64,000 bases of DNA, from NCBI GenBank assembly GCA_031426355.1, contig JANPLD010000010.1:14968-78967 (forward strand), in the 5' to 3' direction. This document shows positions 19,611-28,734 of the stretch, piece by piece. The stretch is from Alphaproteobacteria bacterium (GTDB lineage Bacteria; Pseudomonadota; Alphaproteobacteria; Rickettsiales; UBA8987). Every line of letters starts with the position of its first letter. The stretch's first letter is position 1. The notes beneath the pieces were generated by a model. The model did no database searches and was not told where the DNA came from. It was given only the letters and a program-made list of their open reading frames with translations. The position numbers and the translations under genes were made by a program.

Positions 19611-19892
19611 ATGGTAATAGCAATTTACATTATAACTAATAAAAGAAATGGAACGCTTTATACAGGTGTTACATCCAATATACATAAAAGGATTTACCAG
19701 CATAAAGAGAAACAATTTGATGGTTTTAGTAACAAATATGATTGTGATATACTTGTTTATTATGAAATATTTGACAATATTGAATATGCAATTATGCGGG
19801 AAAAGCAAATTAAGGCTGGTTCAAGAAAAAAGAAGTTGGATATGATAGAAAAATTAAATCCAGAGTGGGAAGATTTATATTATAAACTGTAG
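19611..19892 (+). CDS. Small stand-alone GIY-YIG nuclease-domain protein
   Basis: 93 aa with IYIITNKRNGTLYTGVT (GIY..YIG), then HKRIYQH and AIMREKQIK..SRKKK, the pattern of short URI-domain (YhbQ-like) proteins. Confidence 0.85.
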   Translation: MVIAIYIITNKRNGTLYTGVTSNIHKRIYQHKEKQFDGFSNKYDCDILVYYEIFDNIEYAIMREKQIKAGSRKKKLDMIEKLNPEWEDLYYKL

Positions 19893-19898
19893 TTAGTT

Positions 19899-19976
19899 CT
19901 GGATTGCTTCGTCGCTTTGCTTCTCGCAATGACACCTAATGGGAGACGTCATTGCGAGTATAGCGAAGCAATCCAG
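19899..19976. repeat. Repeat copies 2 (inverted) and 3 (direct), forming a long imperfect hairpin
   Basis: ctggattgcttcg..ctcgcaatgacac (19899-19935) and gtcattgcgagtatagcgaagcaatccag (19948-19976). The outer 13 bp and inner 11 bp are complementary. The element ends 15 nt before the murF ATG. Confidence 0.85.
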
Positions 19977-19990
19977 AAAAATTTATTTAA

Positions 19991-21334
19991 ATGCCAATGC
20001 CTTGGAACAATAAAAACATATCTGAATATCTTGGGGTGGAGATACCGTTTTCCTTCGAGGCTAAAAGGATAAGCATTGATTCCCGCTCTATCCATAAAGG
20101 CGATCTTTACATTGCCCTTAAGGGTGAAAATCATGATGGTAATAAATTTGCAGAAGATGCCATAAAAAAAGGTGCAGTTGCCGTTATCATTGATAATCCT
20201 GAATTCAAAACGGCAAAAAATTCTATATTTGTAACAGATTCACTCCAAGCGCTACAAAGGCTCGCATATAAAAAACGTAGGAATTCCAAAACGAAATTTA
20301 TAGCGATCACTGGCAGTGTTGGTAAAACAACTGCAAAGGAATTACTCGCTCAGATACTTTCAAAATATTACCGCACCCATGTCACCCAAGGTAATTTAAA
20401 TAACCATATTGGCGTTCCGCTTACTATCGTTAATATGCCTGAAGATTCACAATATGCGGTGATTGAAATGGGCATGAACCACTCCGGTGAAATAACTGAT
20501 CTCTGCCGTATTGCCCACCCGCATATATCTGGCATTACATGGGTTTCAGAGGCGCATATCCAGAATTTTGAAGATGGCATTGAAGGCATAACAAGGGCTA
20601 AAGCGGAAATATTTGAATTCCTTATTCCTGATGGCGCAGTTTTTATTCCCGGCGATAATGATAACTACAGCCTGCTTGAAGAGCTCGCCGAGGCTAATGG
20701 CGTAAGTGACATTATTTCTTTTGGAAAACTTTCCAACGAATATGAGGATATCGGCGAAAATATCTCTGCAATAATAATTGATCAGAAAGTTTCTTTCCCA
20801 AAAATACTATGCGAAAGGTTCGTTGATAATAATATCCTGTTCGCGCTTAATATCGCAGCTTATATGAATCTGGATCTGGACGATGCCGTTGCTTCCATGC
20901 TGGAACTTCAACCAGTGAAGGGCAGGGGCGCAGAAATAAAACATAAGTCAGGCGCTCTTATTATTGATGATTCCTATAATGCCAGCCCTGAAAGTATGAA
21001 AAAAGCACTGACCAATCTCAGAAATAAAAAAACCTCCGGCAGGAAGATCGCAGTTCTTGGTGAAATGAAAGAGCTTGGTAAAAATTCAAAGAAATATCAT
21101 GAATCTCTAAGCGAATATTTGGAAGGGGTTGACCTTCTTATCACTAGTGGAAAAGATATGGAGTTCTTGCATAAAAAAGCAAAAGCCAAAGTCACCAAAG
21201 CAGAGCATTTCGACGATCACCACAAAACAGGCGAAGCCCTTAAATCGTTGCTTAAAAAAGATGATACAGTCCTTATCAAAGGTTCCCACGGTAGCAATAT
21301 GTGGAAATTAGTTGAGTTTTTAATGGTTTCGTAG
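19991..21334 (+). CDS. murF: UDP-N-acetylmuramoyl-tripeptide--D-alanyl-D-alanine ligase
   Basis: DSR.I..GDLYIALKGE..DG, P-loop TGSVGKTT, and DDSYNASP. Confidence 0.9.
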   Translation: MPMPWNNKNISEYLGVEIPFSFEAKRISIDSRSIHKGDLYIALKGENHDGNKFAEDAIKKGAVAVIIDNPEFKTAKNSIFVTDSLQALQRLAYKKRRNSKTKFIAITGSVGKTTAKELLAQILSKYYRTHVTQGNLNNHIGVPLTIVNMPEDSQYAVIEMGMNHSGEITDLCRIAHPHISGITWVSEAHIQNFEDGIEGITRAKAEIFEFLIPDGAVFIPGDNDNYSLLEELAEANGVSDIISFGKLSNEYEDIGENISAIIIDQKVSFPKILCERFVDNNILFALNIAAYMNLDLDDAVASMLELQPVKGRGAEIKHKSGALIIDDSYNASPESMKKALTNLRNKKTSGRKIAVLGEMKELGKNSKKYHESLSEYLEGVDLLITSGKDMEFLHKKAKAKVTKAEHFDDHHKTGEALKSLLKKDDTVLIKGSHGSNMWKLVEFLMVS

Positions 21335-21389
21335 TTGCATATCATAATAATAAATTTAAAAACCGTTGCTAACCCTGCTTTGAACAAAC

Positions 21390-22478
21390 ATGCTCCATTA
21401 TTTTTTATTGCCATATGTAAATGAGTTCAATTTTTTGAACCTGCTTAACTACATTACTCTTCGTACCGGAGCTGCCATTTTTACCTCTCTTATTTTCTGT
21501 TTTGTATTCGGTAATAAAATAATCAACTGGCTAAAATCCCTCCAGCCTGATGGCCAGCCTATAAGAGATTGCGGCCCAGCAAGCCACTTACTTACCAAGA
21601 AAGGCACGCCAACAATGGGCGGTGTTATGATCCTCCTTTCCATAATGTTTTCAAGTCTCCTGTGGTGTGATCTTACCAACAAATTTGTGTGGATAATCAT
21701 GTTTGTAACAGTTGGATTTGGCTTCATTGGGTTCGTAGATGATTATAAAAAGCTTACAAAAAAGAGTCATGGCGGCCTGCGCGGAAAAGCTAAGCTTGCC
21801 GCGCAGATGGCTATTAGCTTAATTGCTGTTTATGCCATAACTATTAACCTTCCGGAAAATCTAAACACTCAATTAGCTCTACCTTTCTTTAAAAATACTT
21901 TGGTAAATCTATCGGTCTTCTTTTATGTTTTTGCCTGTTTTGTAATAGTGGGTTCATCAAATGCGGTTAATTTGACAGATGGCCTTGATGGGCTTGCTAT
22001 AGTTCCGGTCATGATAGCCGTATGCTGTTTTGCGCTTATTGCCTATCTTGTCGGGCACGCAAAATATAGTGAATATCTCCAATTACACGCGGTGCCCAAT
22101 AGTGGCGAGATAGCAGTTATCTGCGGCGCAATACTAGGCGCCGGCCTTGGGTTCCTTTGGTATAATGCCCCTCCCGCGCAGGTTTTCATGGGTGACACGG
22201 GAAGCCTCAGTTTGGGCGGTATTTTAGGCGCCATTAGTATCATCACTAAGCACGAGATAGTTCTTGCGATAATTGGCGGCCTGTTTGTTATAGAAACGTT
22301 ATCCGTAATAATTCAGGTTACATATTTCAAGCGAACGGGAAGGCGTATATTCCTTATGTCGCCTATACATCACCATTTTGAAAAATTAGGCTGGAGTGAG
22401 CCAAAAATTGTGATAAGGTTCTGGATAGTTGCGGTGATATTCGCCTTAATTGGTCTCAGCACCTTGAAGTTAAGGTGA
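21390..22478 (+). CDS. mraY: Phospho-N-acetylmuramoyl-pentapeptide transferase
   Basis: Polytopic, with [35 protein letters not shown] and HHHFE. Confidence 0.95.
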   Translation: MLHYFLLPYVNEFNFLNLLNYITLRTGAAIFTSLIFCFVFGNKIINWLKSLQPDGQPIRDCGPASHLLTKKGTPTMGGVMILLSIMFSSLLWCDLTNKFVWIIMFVTVGFGFIGFVDDYKKLTKKSHGGLRGKAKLAAQMAISLIAVYAITINLPENLNTQLALPFFKNTLVNLSVFFYVFACFVIVGSSNAVNLTDGLDGLAIVPVMIAVCCFALIAYLVGHAKYSEYLQLHAVPNSGEIAVICGAILGAGLGFLWYNAPPAQVFMGDTGSLSLGGILGAISIITKHEIVLAIIGGLFVIETLSVIIQVTYFKRTGRRIFLMSPIHHHFEKLGWSEPKIVIRFWIVAVIFALIGLSTLKLR

Positions 22479-22541
22479 TTTTTATCCCTTCCGTGTTTTA
22501 TATGTGAAAGTAAGTTTACAGGTAACCAACCCTTTGTAATT

Positions 22542-23474
22542 ATGAAAGAAGAAAAGATAACTGCCGAGAAAAAGAAGTCGGTAAAAAAGAAAAAGACAGC
22601 TATGCCGCAAAACGATTTGTTTGCCCCGCAAGAGCAGGCAGGTTTAATTGAGCCTGATACCGAATCTATTACGGTCACTGAATCTAATGAAGCCAATTCA
22701 GGCAAACGCCTTGCTACTGAAAAGCACCCGACCATTGAATCTGTGGTCAACGGCCTTTTCAAATTCACCAACATGGAAGATGCGGTCGCAAAATTAAATA
22801 CTATTAAAGAGCATTTTGTCATATCTGCGAAATTACCTAAAGATGAAAACGAGAATACTGTAAAGCTTTGGATACGCGGATTTCAGATTGATGATGAAGA
22901 AGAGAAAGAAGGCTTCTTAGGAAATTACGCGCTTATAAAGATAAAGGAAGAAGATAATAAATTCTCTCTCATCGCAGAAAAGCAAAAAATAGCATTAAAA
23001 TACCATCCTCAAAGGAAGCGCCCGAAACGCAAGCATCCGGACTGGGGTCACCCTTGCATGCGTGTCATTAAAAAAGGGACAGTTTTTGAAAATACCGAAG
23101 CTGCACAAAAAGTTTTAAACCAGCTTCATGAAGAACATCCTCTGGTTTCAATTCCTGCGGTGAATAAATTATATGTGATACTTTACAGCAAAGCCTATAA
23201 TCCACCAATAAAGAAATTTGTTCTTGAGATAAAACCAGCTGAAGGCGGTTTTATTATTGAATCAAAAGAAAATAATTACGTTAAGAAAGATCAGACCGAC
23301 GTAAAACCTCAAACTGAGGAAAAACCAAAAAATACTTTTGTAAAGAATAACGATAAAACTGTTTTTTCTAAAAAGCCAGATTCAGATAAAGCTAAGAGTA
23401 AACAGGCCAAGCCCCAGCATACCGCAGCGCAGGTGGGTAATTTTTCTAACAGGATAACTATTCCGACTCAATAA
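22542..23474 (+). CDS. Hypothetical Lys-rich protein (orphan)
   Basis: 310-aa ORF with very basic, low-complexity N- and C-terminal parts (KKKSVKKKK, KPDSDKAKSKQAKP) and a central region with no motif I recognise. Confidence 0.5.
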   Translation: MKEEKITAEKKKSVKKKKTAMPQNDLFAPQEQAGLIEPDTESITVTESNEANSGKRLATEKHPTIESVVNGLFKFTNMEDAVAKLNTIKEHFVISAKLPKDENENTVKLWIRGFQIDDEEEKEGFLGNYALIKIKEEDNKFSLIAEKQKIALKYHPQRKRPKRKHPDWGHPCMRVIKKGTVFENTEAAQKVLNQLHEEHPLVSIPAVNKLYVILYSKAYNPPIKKFVLEIKPAEGGFIIESKENNYVKKDQTDVKPQTEEKPKNTFVKNNDKTVFSKKPDSDKAKSKQAKPQHTAAQVGNFSNRITIPTQ

Positions 23475-23486
23475 TATAATAAATCA

Positions 23487-24170
23487 ATGTCTCGCATTCT
23501 CTATCATTACCCAATGTCCCCATTTTCACGAAAAGTGAGAATGATGCTTGCGGAGAAGGGTCTTGATTTCGATCTTAAAACAGAAAATTTCTGGGAGCGC
23601 AGAAGGTCTTTCTTGGCGATGAATCCAGCAGCGCAGGTTCCAGTTCTCATAGAAGATAATTATAATAACGCTCCCATATTACTTTCTGAAAGCACAGCGA
23701 TTTGTGAATATCTGGAAGAGAAATATCCGGAGCCGCAACTTATCGGTAGTGACACATTGGAGCGTGCAGAAGTTCGCAGGATAGCCGGCTGGTTCAATAA
23801 TAAATTCTATTATGAAGTAACAAAATATATCCTTGATGAGAAGGTTTATAAATTTCTCCGCCGTCAGGGTGAGCCAAATTCAACCTTTATCAGGGCAGCT
23901 AAAGCCAATGTTACTGATCATCTGGATTATATTGCGTTCCTTCTTAAAACCCGCAAATGGCTTGCTGGAGAAAAATTTAGTCTGGCAGATATAACTGCTG
24001 CTTCTCAACTATCAGTTCTGGATTTTCTCGGTGATGTTCCTTGGGAATATAATAATGATGTTAAGGAATGGTACTGCCTGATCAAATCCCGCCCGTCATT
24101 CCGCCAGTTTTTCGATGATTATATCTCAGGCTTAGAGCCTTCAAGATACTACAAAATGCTGGATTTCTAG
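23487..24170 (+). CDS. Glutathione S-transferase family protein
   Basis: Thioredoxin-like N-domain (SPFSRKVRMMLAEKGL, VPVL, ESTAICEYLEE) and a helical C-domain (FSLADI). Confidence 0.8.
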   Translation: MSRILYHYPMSPFSRKVRMMLAEKGLDFDLKTENFWERRRSFLAMNPAAQVPVLIEDNYNNAPILLSESTAICEYLEEKYPEPQLIGSDTLERAEVRRIAGWFNNKFYYEVTKYILDEKVYKFLRRQGEPNSTFIRAAKANVTDHLDYIAFLLKTRKWLAGEKFSLADITAASQLSVLDFLGDVPWEYNNDVKEWYCLIKSRPSFRQFFDDYISGLEPSRYYKMLDF

Positions 24171-24171
24171 T

Positions 24172-25413
24172 CTATCTCTCCAGCTCAAATATCTCAGATA
24201 TTTTTTGCTTCCTGCGTATCACTTTGAATTTCTTTCCGTCAACCAACACTTCAGGCGTGAGCGGTCTTGTATTATAATTACTGCCCATTGAAGAGCCATA
24301 AGCACCTGCATTCATTATCGCAAGCAGGTCACCGGCTTTAAGGTTAAAGAATTTTCTATCACGTCCAAAAATATCTGATGATTCACATACAGGCCCAACA
24401 ACATCATAGCTTGATTTATGTCCCTCCCTGTCTTTCACTGGAATTATATCATGATACGCGCCATAAATAGCCGGGCGTGCAAGGTCATTCATTCCCGCAT
24501 CAAGCACTGCAAATTGGCGTTCAGAAGTTTTTTTGATGAACTGAACTTCTGTAACCAATATTCCCGCATCACCGCATATCCTTCTTCCCGGCTCAAGAAA
24601 TAATTTTAATTCTAGAGGTTTGATTATATTGATAATGGTTTTTGCATAGGCTTTAATATCAATAACTTCTTCATTTTTATATTTGATCCCGACGCCACCA
24701 CCAAGGTCAAGCCTTTTAAGTTCAAAGCCCCTTTTGATAAGTGCCGTCGCAAGTTCAGCGATTTTTGTGAAGGCCGCCTTATAAGGCTCTATCTCAGTAA
24801 TCTGGCTTCCTATATGGATTGCCACCCCTTCAATTTTTATATATCTCAATTTTGAAGCGGTCTCATAGAATTTCTTTGCCTCATCAATAGGTATTCCGAA
24901 CTTATCTGATTTTTTTCCTGTTGATATTTTCTCATGTGTTTTTGCATCAATATCAGGATTTATCCTCAATGAAACTTTAGCTTTCTTACGAAGTTGCTCT
25001 GCGATCCTGTTAATTATTTCAAGCTCTTCTAAAGATTCCGCATTTATCTGCCCGATATTTTTCTCTAGCGCGAATTTTATTTCTTCCTTAGTTTTTCCAA
25101 CGCCTGAAAAAACTATTTTTTCTGGTTTGATGCCAGCTTTCAGTGCCCTGATTATCTCACCTTGTGATACAGTATCCGCACCACTTCCAAAGCTTGCCAA
25201 AAGTTTAAGTACATGAATATTAGGGTTTGCCTTCACTGCAAAACAGATGGTGGTCGGGTAATCAGAAAACGCCTGCTTGAATTCAAGGTAATTATCTTCC
25301 AGCCTGTCTGTGCTATAGCAATAGAAGGGCGTTCCAACCTTTTTGGCAATATCCGTTACAGGTACTGCTTCAGCATTAAGGGTAGAATTTTTATAGTCAA
25401 AATAAGTGCTCAT
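24172..25413 (-). CDS. lysA: Diaminopimelate decarboxylase
   Basis: PLP lysine region FAVKAN, LDLGGG.GI, EPGR, GP.CES.D and GAY. Confidence 0.9.
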   Translation of the reverse strand: MSTYFDYKNSTLNAEAVPVTDIAKKVGTPFYCYSTDRLEDNYLEFKQAFSDYPTTICFAVKANPNIHVLKLLASFGSGADTVSQGEIIRALKAGIKPEKIVFSGVGKTKEEIKFALEKNIGQINAESLEELEIINRIAEQLRKKAKVSLRINPDIDAKTHEKISTGKKSDKFGIPIDEAKKFYETASKLRYIKIEGVAIHIGSQITEIEPYKAAFTKIAELATALIKRGFELKRLDLGGGVGIKYKNEEVIDIKAYAKTIINIIKPLELKLFLEPGRRICGDAGILVTEVQFIKKTSERQFAVLDAGMNDLARPAIYGAYHDIIPVKDREGHKSSYDVVGPVCESSDIFGRDRKFFNLKAGDLLAIMNAGAYGSSMGSNYNTRPLTPEVLVDGKKFKVIRRKQKISEIFELER

Positions 25414-25607
25414 TCGCTTCTAATTTCCTCTTCGGTTTCTTCTCTCATTTCTTTATTTTTCTCAGCATCTGCCTTTTTTTCAAGTCCCTCCTGCGCTTGC
25501 TCTCTAGGCGGAAGCGTTAAAGCGCGTCTCATTCCGCAAGCAGAAGTAGTTAGAGCAAAAATAACTAAAAAAAGTAAAAAAACCGAAGGTTTATAATTCA
25601 TGTTCAT
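25410..25607 (-). CDS. Small putative lipoprotein upstream of lysA
   Basis: Hydrophobic N-terminus ending in the lipobox-like LTTSAC, then an acidic/Lys-rich tail. Its ATGA overlaps the lysA start. The start (25607 or 25601) overlaps the thiL 3' end by 11-17 nt. A small lipoprotein gene next to lysA is a common arrangement in proteobacteria. Confidence 0.5.
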   Translation of the reverse strand: MNMNYKPSVFLLFLVIFALTTSACGMRRALTLPPREQAQEGLEKKADAEKNKEMREETEEEIRSE

Positions 25608-26565
25608 ATCCTGTTTTATCATAAGAGATTATTTTACCCGCTTTATCAATGATCGTAATATATTGGGATTTTCTAGAAGGTTTAGAGTTTTTTGTTTGAA
25701 TTTTACCTATTAGGCTTATTTTTATTCCAAGCACTTTCGAAATCGCCTCTATTTTAGCTCTGCTTGAAGGTTTTGCCGTAAAAATTAATTCATAATCATC
25801 ACCGCCTGATATCTGCTCCTGAAAAAATCTATCCTTTAATGAAACCGGTATATTCTCTTTTTTTATCTCTGCGCTAACATCTGATGTTACGCATATATTT
25901 TCCAGATCCCTAAGCAAACCATCTGAAATATCAGTGCAGGAATTAACAATTCCAACTAACTCCTCTCCAAGACTAATGCGCGGAGTAGGGGAGTTATATC
26001 TGCTGATGAAATAGCGTTTATCTTTTGAAGATAAATTTTTGATTTCTTCATTTAGGGTTTTAAGACCAACCCATCCATCACCAATATTTCCGCTTACATA
26101 TATATCATCACCTGATTTCGCATTAGAGCGTAACAAGGCTTTCCCTTTCTTTACCTCACCTATCAAAGTGAGGGAAAAAAATAACTGTGAAGATGTTTTT
26201 ACCGTATCACCGCCAATAAGATGTATCCCATATTCTTTATTTATTTCTGCCAGTTTTTTTGAAAAAGATTTAAACCATTTTTTATCCAGGCCTTTCCTTA
26301 TTGAGCCCGTAAGCAGATAAAATTTAGGCGTTCCGCCGCATGATGCAATATCTGAAAGGTTCGATGCAAGCAGCCTCGAAGCAATAACATCCGGCGCGCA
26401 GTCTTTAGGAAAATGAACGCCCTCAACCATGCCGTCCGTTGTAATTACATAATCATGCGGTTTATCTTTAGGTATTATTGCTATATCATCTTTTAATGAA
26501 AGAGCGCCTTTGAAACCCTGTGCAAGCGGGCGGAAATATTTTGATATGAGTTCAAATTCTTTCAT
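25591..26565 (-). CDS. thiL: Thiamine-monophosphate kinase
   Basis: DDIAII, TTDGMVEGVHF, NLSDIASCGG, GGD, SD.L..DL, and GGDDYEL. Confidence 0.85.
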   Translation of the reverse strand: MKEFELISKYFRPLAQGFKGALSLKDDIAIIPKDKPHDYVITTDGMVEGVHFPKDCAPDVIASRLLASNLSDIASCGGTPKFYLLTGSIRKGLDKKWFKSFSKKLAEINKEYGIHLIGGDTVKTSSQLFFSLTLIGEVKKGKALLRSNAKSGDDIYVSGNIGDGWVGLKTLNEEIKNLSSKDKRYFISRYNSPTPRISLGEELVGIVNSCTDISDGLLRDLENICVTSDVSAEIKKENIPVSLKDRFFQEQISGGDDYELIFTAKPSSRAKIEAISKVLGIKISLIGKIQTKNSKPSRKSQYITIIDKAGKIISYDKTGYEHEL

Positions 26566-26629
26566 TTACTAAAAGAGATATTATGCTTAAAAGTATATTG
26601 TTGTCACACTAAACACTAATTAGAAGTTA

Positions 26630-28326
26630 ATGTCAAAATACCAGGTACTTGCACGCAAATATCGTCCCAGAAAACTCTCTGAGCTTATCGGGCAGGATGT
26701 GCTGGTGCAGACATTATCAAACGCAATTTCGCAAAACAGGATTCCTCACGCATTCGTTCTCACCGGTATCCGCGGTGTCGGTAAAACTTCCACCGCCAGA
26801 ATTATCGCGCGTTCACTTCTTTGTATCGGCGCTGATGGTAAAAATGAAAATCCAACTGTTGAGCCATGCGGCGTTTGCCCTAATTGCCAGTCCATCACTA
26901 ACGATAACCATGTAGATGTTATTGAGGTAGATGCTGCCAGTAGAACAGGCGTTAATGATATCCGCGAGATAATTGATCAGGTGAATTATTCCCCGGTGAT
27001 GGGCAGATACAAAATATATATCATCGATGAAGTGCACATGCTTTCAAAAAGCGCTTTCAACGCGCTTCTCAAAACTTTGGAAGAACCGCCTTCGCACGTT
27101 AAATTTATTTTTGCGACTACTGAGGTCCGCAAAATTCCAGTAACTATCCTTTCAAGATGTATGCGTTTTGATCTTCCACGCGTTCCGCAGGATATTTTAA
27201 TTACGCATTTTGCAAAAGTAGCAAAGCTTGAAGAAGCTGAGATTGACGATGAAGCCATAAAAGTCATTTCTGATGCTTCTGAAGGTTCAGTTCGTGATGG
27301 CCTTTCCCTGCTTGATCAGGCGATAGTTGTTAACCTTGGCACAAAAGTTACTTCCGAAAGGGTTCGCCAGATGCTTGGTCTTTCAGATAAGGAAAAAGTT
27401 TTTGATCTGGTTTCAAAAATGCTGGTCGGCAGTTTTGAGCCTTCTCTCAAAATACTTTCTGAAATATATAATAGTGGCACTGATGCTGCAACTATCATCA
27501 AGGATATGCTAGATGTTACGCATAAGCTTTTAATCTATAAAGCCAGCCCAAACCTGCTTGACCCTAAGTTGGTTAGCGAAGCTGAAATAACAAAATGCAA
27601 AGAGATATTAAAAGATACTTCTCTGCCAAAACTTGCCCGCATGTGGCAGGTGCTGAATAAATCTATTGAGGAATCCAAATATTGTCCGAACGCCTTAATG
27701 GCGGCAGAAATGGCCGTTATCAAAAGCGCCTATACCGCAACTCTTCCAACACCTGAAGAAATAATTAAAGGCACCGCATCAATACCTGAAGCAAGTAGAA
27801 CGGAAATAAAAGAGAATAACGTTCAGTCTTTAAAGCAAAATATCCAGACCCCACCTGAAGAAGAATTATTCGACTCAGAAAAAAAAAGCCTTCTGATCTA
27901 GATTCTGGTTCTCTGGCAGTCACTCATGATATCCCTTCCACTGAAGGCCTAATGATATCAAGTTCCTTTGAGGAATTTGTTTCGCAGATTAAAAATGGTG
28001 GTGAGAACCTTATTGCTTCATGGTTGCAAAATATAAAGGTCGCAGAATTTAATACTGAAAAGCACATTATTAAAATTATAATGCCGGTCGATTTTTCATT
28101 TTTCTCACAAAAGGAATTTGTCGAGAAAGTTCGTGTTGTAACCGGCAATAACTGGGTTTTAGATGTGGTCGACCCCGGTTTTGTTACCAACGCAGATGCG
28201 GTGATTTCTATAAAAGAAAAGAAGCTGATTGAGATTGAGAATCGTAAAAAAGAAGCTATAAATAGTCCTATTATTAAACAGATATGCAATGAATTCAAAG
28301 GCGCAGAAATTATTTCCGTAGCTTAA
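26630..28326 (+). CDS. dnaX: DNA polymerase III subunits gamma/tau, interrupted: the 0 frame stops at 27901 and a -1 frame from the A9 run continues to 28326
   Basis: Walker A GIRGVGKTS, Zn module CGVCPNCQS, DEVHML, and sensor TILSRC. ORF 27952-28326 (-1 frame, open from 27859) has the shape of an alphaproteobacterial tau C-terminus (..FEEFVSQI...VRVVTGNNWVL). ybaB follows, as it usually does. Confidence 0.85.
27879..27887 (+). promoter_or_regulatory. A9 homopolymer: candidate -1 frameshift / transcriptional slippage site (or the site of a homopolymer sequencing error)
   Basis: The 0 frame reads GAA AAA AAA AGC, which contains the X_XXY_YYZ-type heptamer A_AAA_AAA. It is the only slippery sequence inside the 40-nt interval (27859-27898) where both frames are open. 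Confidence 0.5.
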
Positions 28327-28365
28327 TTCTAAACTCTAAATACTAACAACTAAATTCTAGATCAT

Positions 28366-28686
28366 ATGAACATCCAGCAATTAATGAAACAAGCGCAGCA
28401 GATGCAAAAAAAACTTATGGACGCGCAAGCACAGGTTGAACTGCTTGAGATCGAAGGCTCTGCAGGCGGCGGAATGGTTAAAATAACCATCAATGGCAAA
28501 GGCGCTGCAAAATCTATCTCTATTGACCCTAAACTTATGGATCCTAGCGAAAAAGAAATGCTTGAAGACCTTATCGTTGCAGCTATAAATGATGCTAATA
28601 CTAAGAAGGAAGATGAATCCAATAAGAAAATGGGCGATCTTACTGGTGGTATGAACCTCCCGGCTGGCTTTAAATTACCTATGTAA
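28366..28686 (+). CDS. ybaB: Nucleoid-associated protein YbaB/EbfC
   Basis: 106 aa with MMKQAQQMQKK..AGGGMVK...G and the conserved position after dnaX. Confidence 0.9.
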   Translation: MNIQQLMKQAQQMQKKLMDAQAQVELLEIEGSAGGGMVKITINGKGAAKSISIDPKLMDPSEKEMLEDLIVAAINDANTKKEDESNKKMGDLTGGMNLPAGFKLPM

Positions 28687-28734
28687 TCTATTGCATGTTT
28701 CTGCAAATCTTGCTATCACGCACGCAGAAATCAT

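Noticed and set aside
26566-26629. SRP RNA (ffs), which often sits immediately upstream of dnaX.
   Set aside because: The spacer is only 64 nt and lacks the conserved GGAA/AGCAG domain IV motifs.
27474-27489. TGGCAC-TGATG-CTGCA, the best sigma-54 -24/-12 look-alike in the window. There are weaker TGGCAC hits at 27338, 17404, 40914 and 46802.
   Set aside because: All of them lie inside coding sequences, and several are on the wrong strand. They have no downstream gene start to serve and are most likely chance matches.
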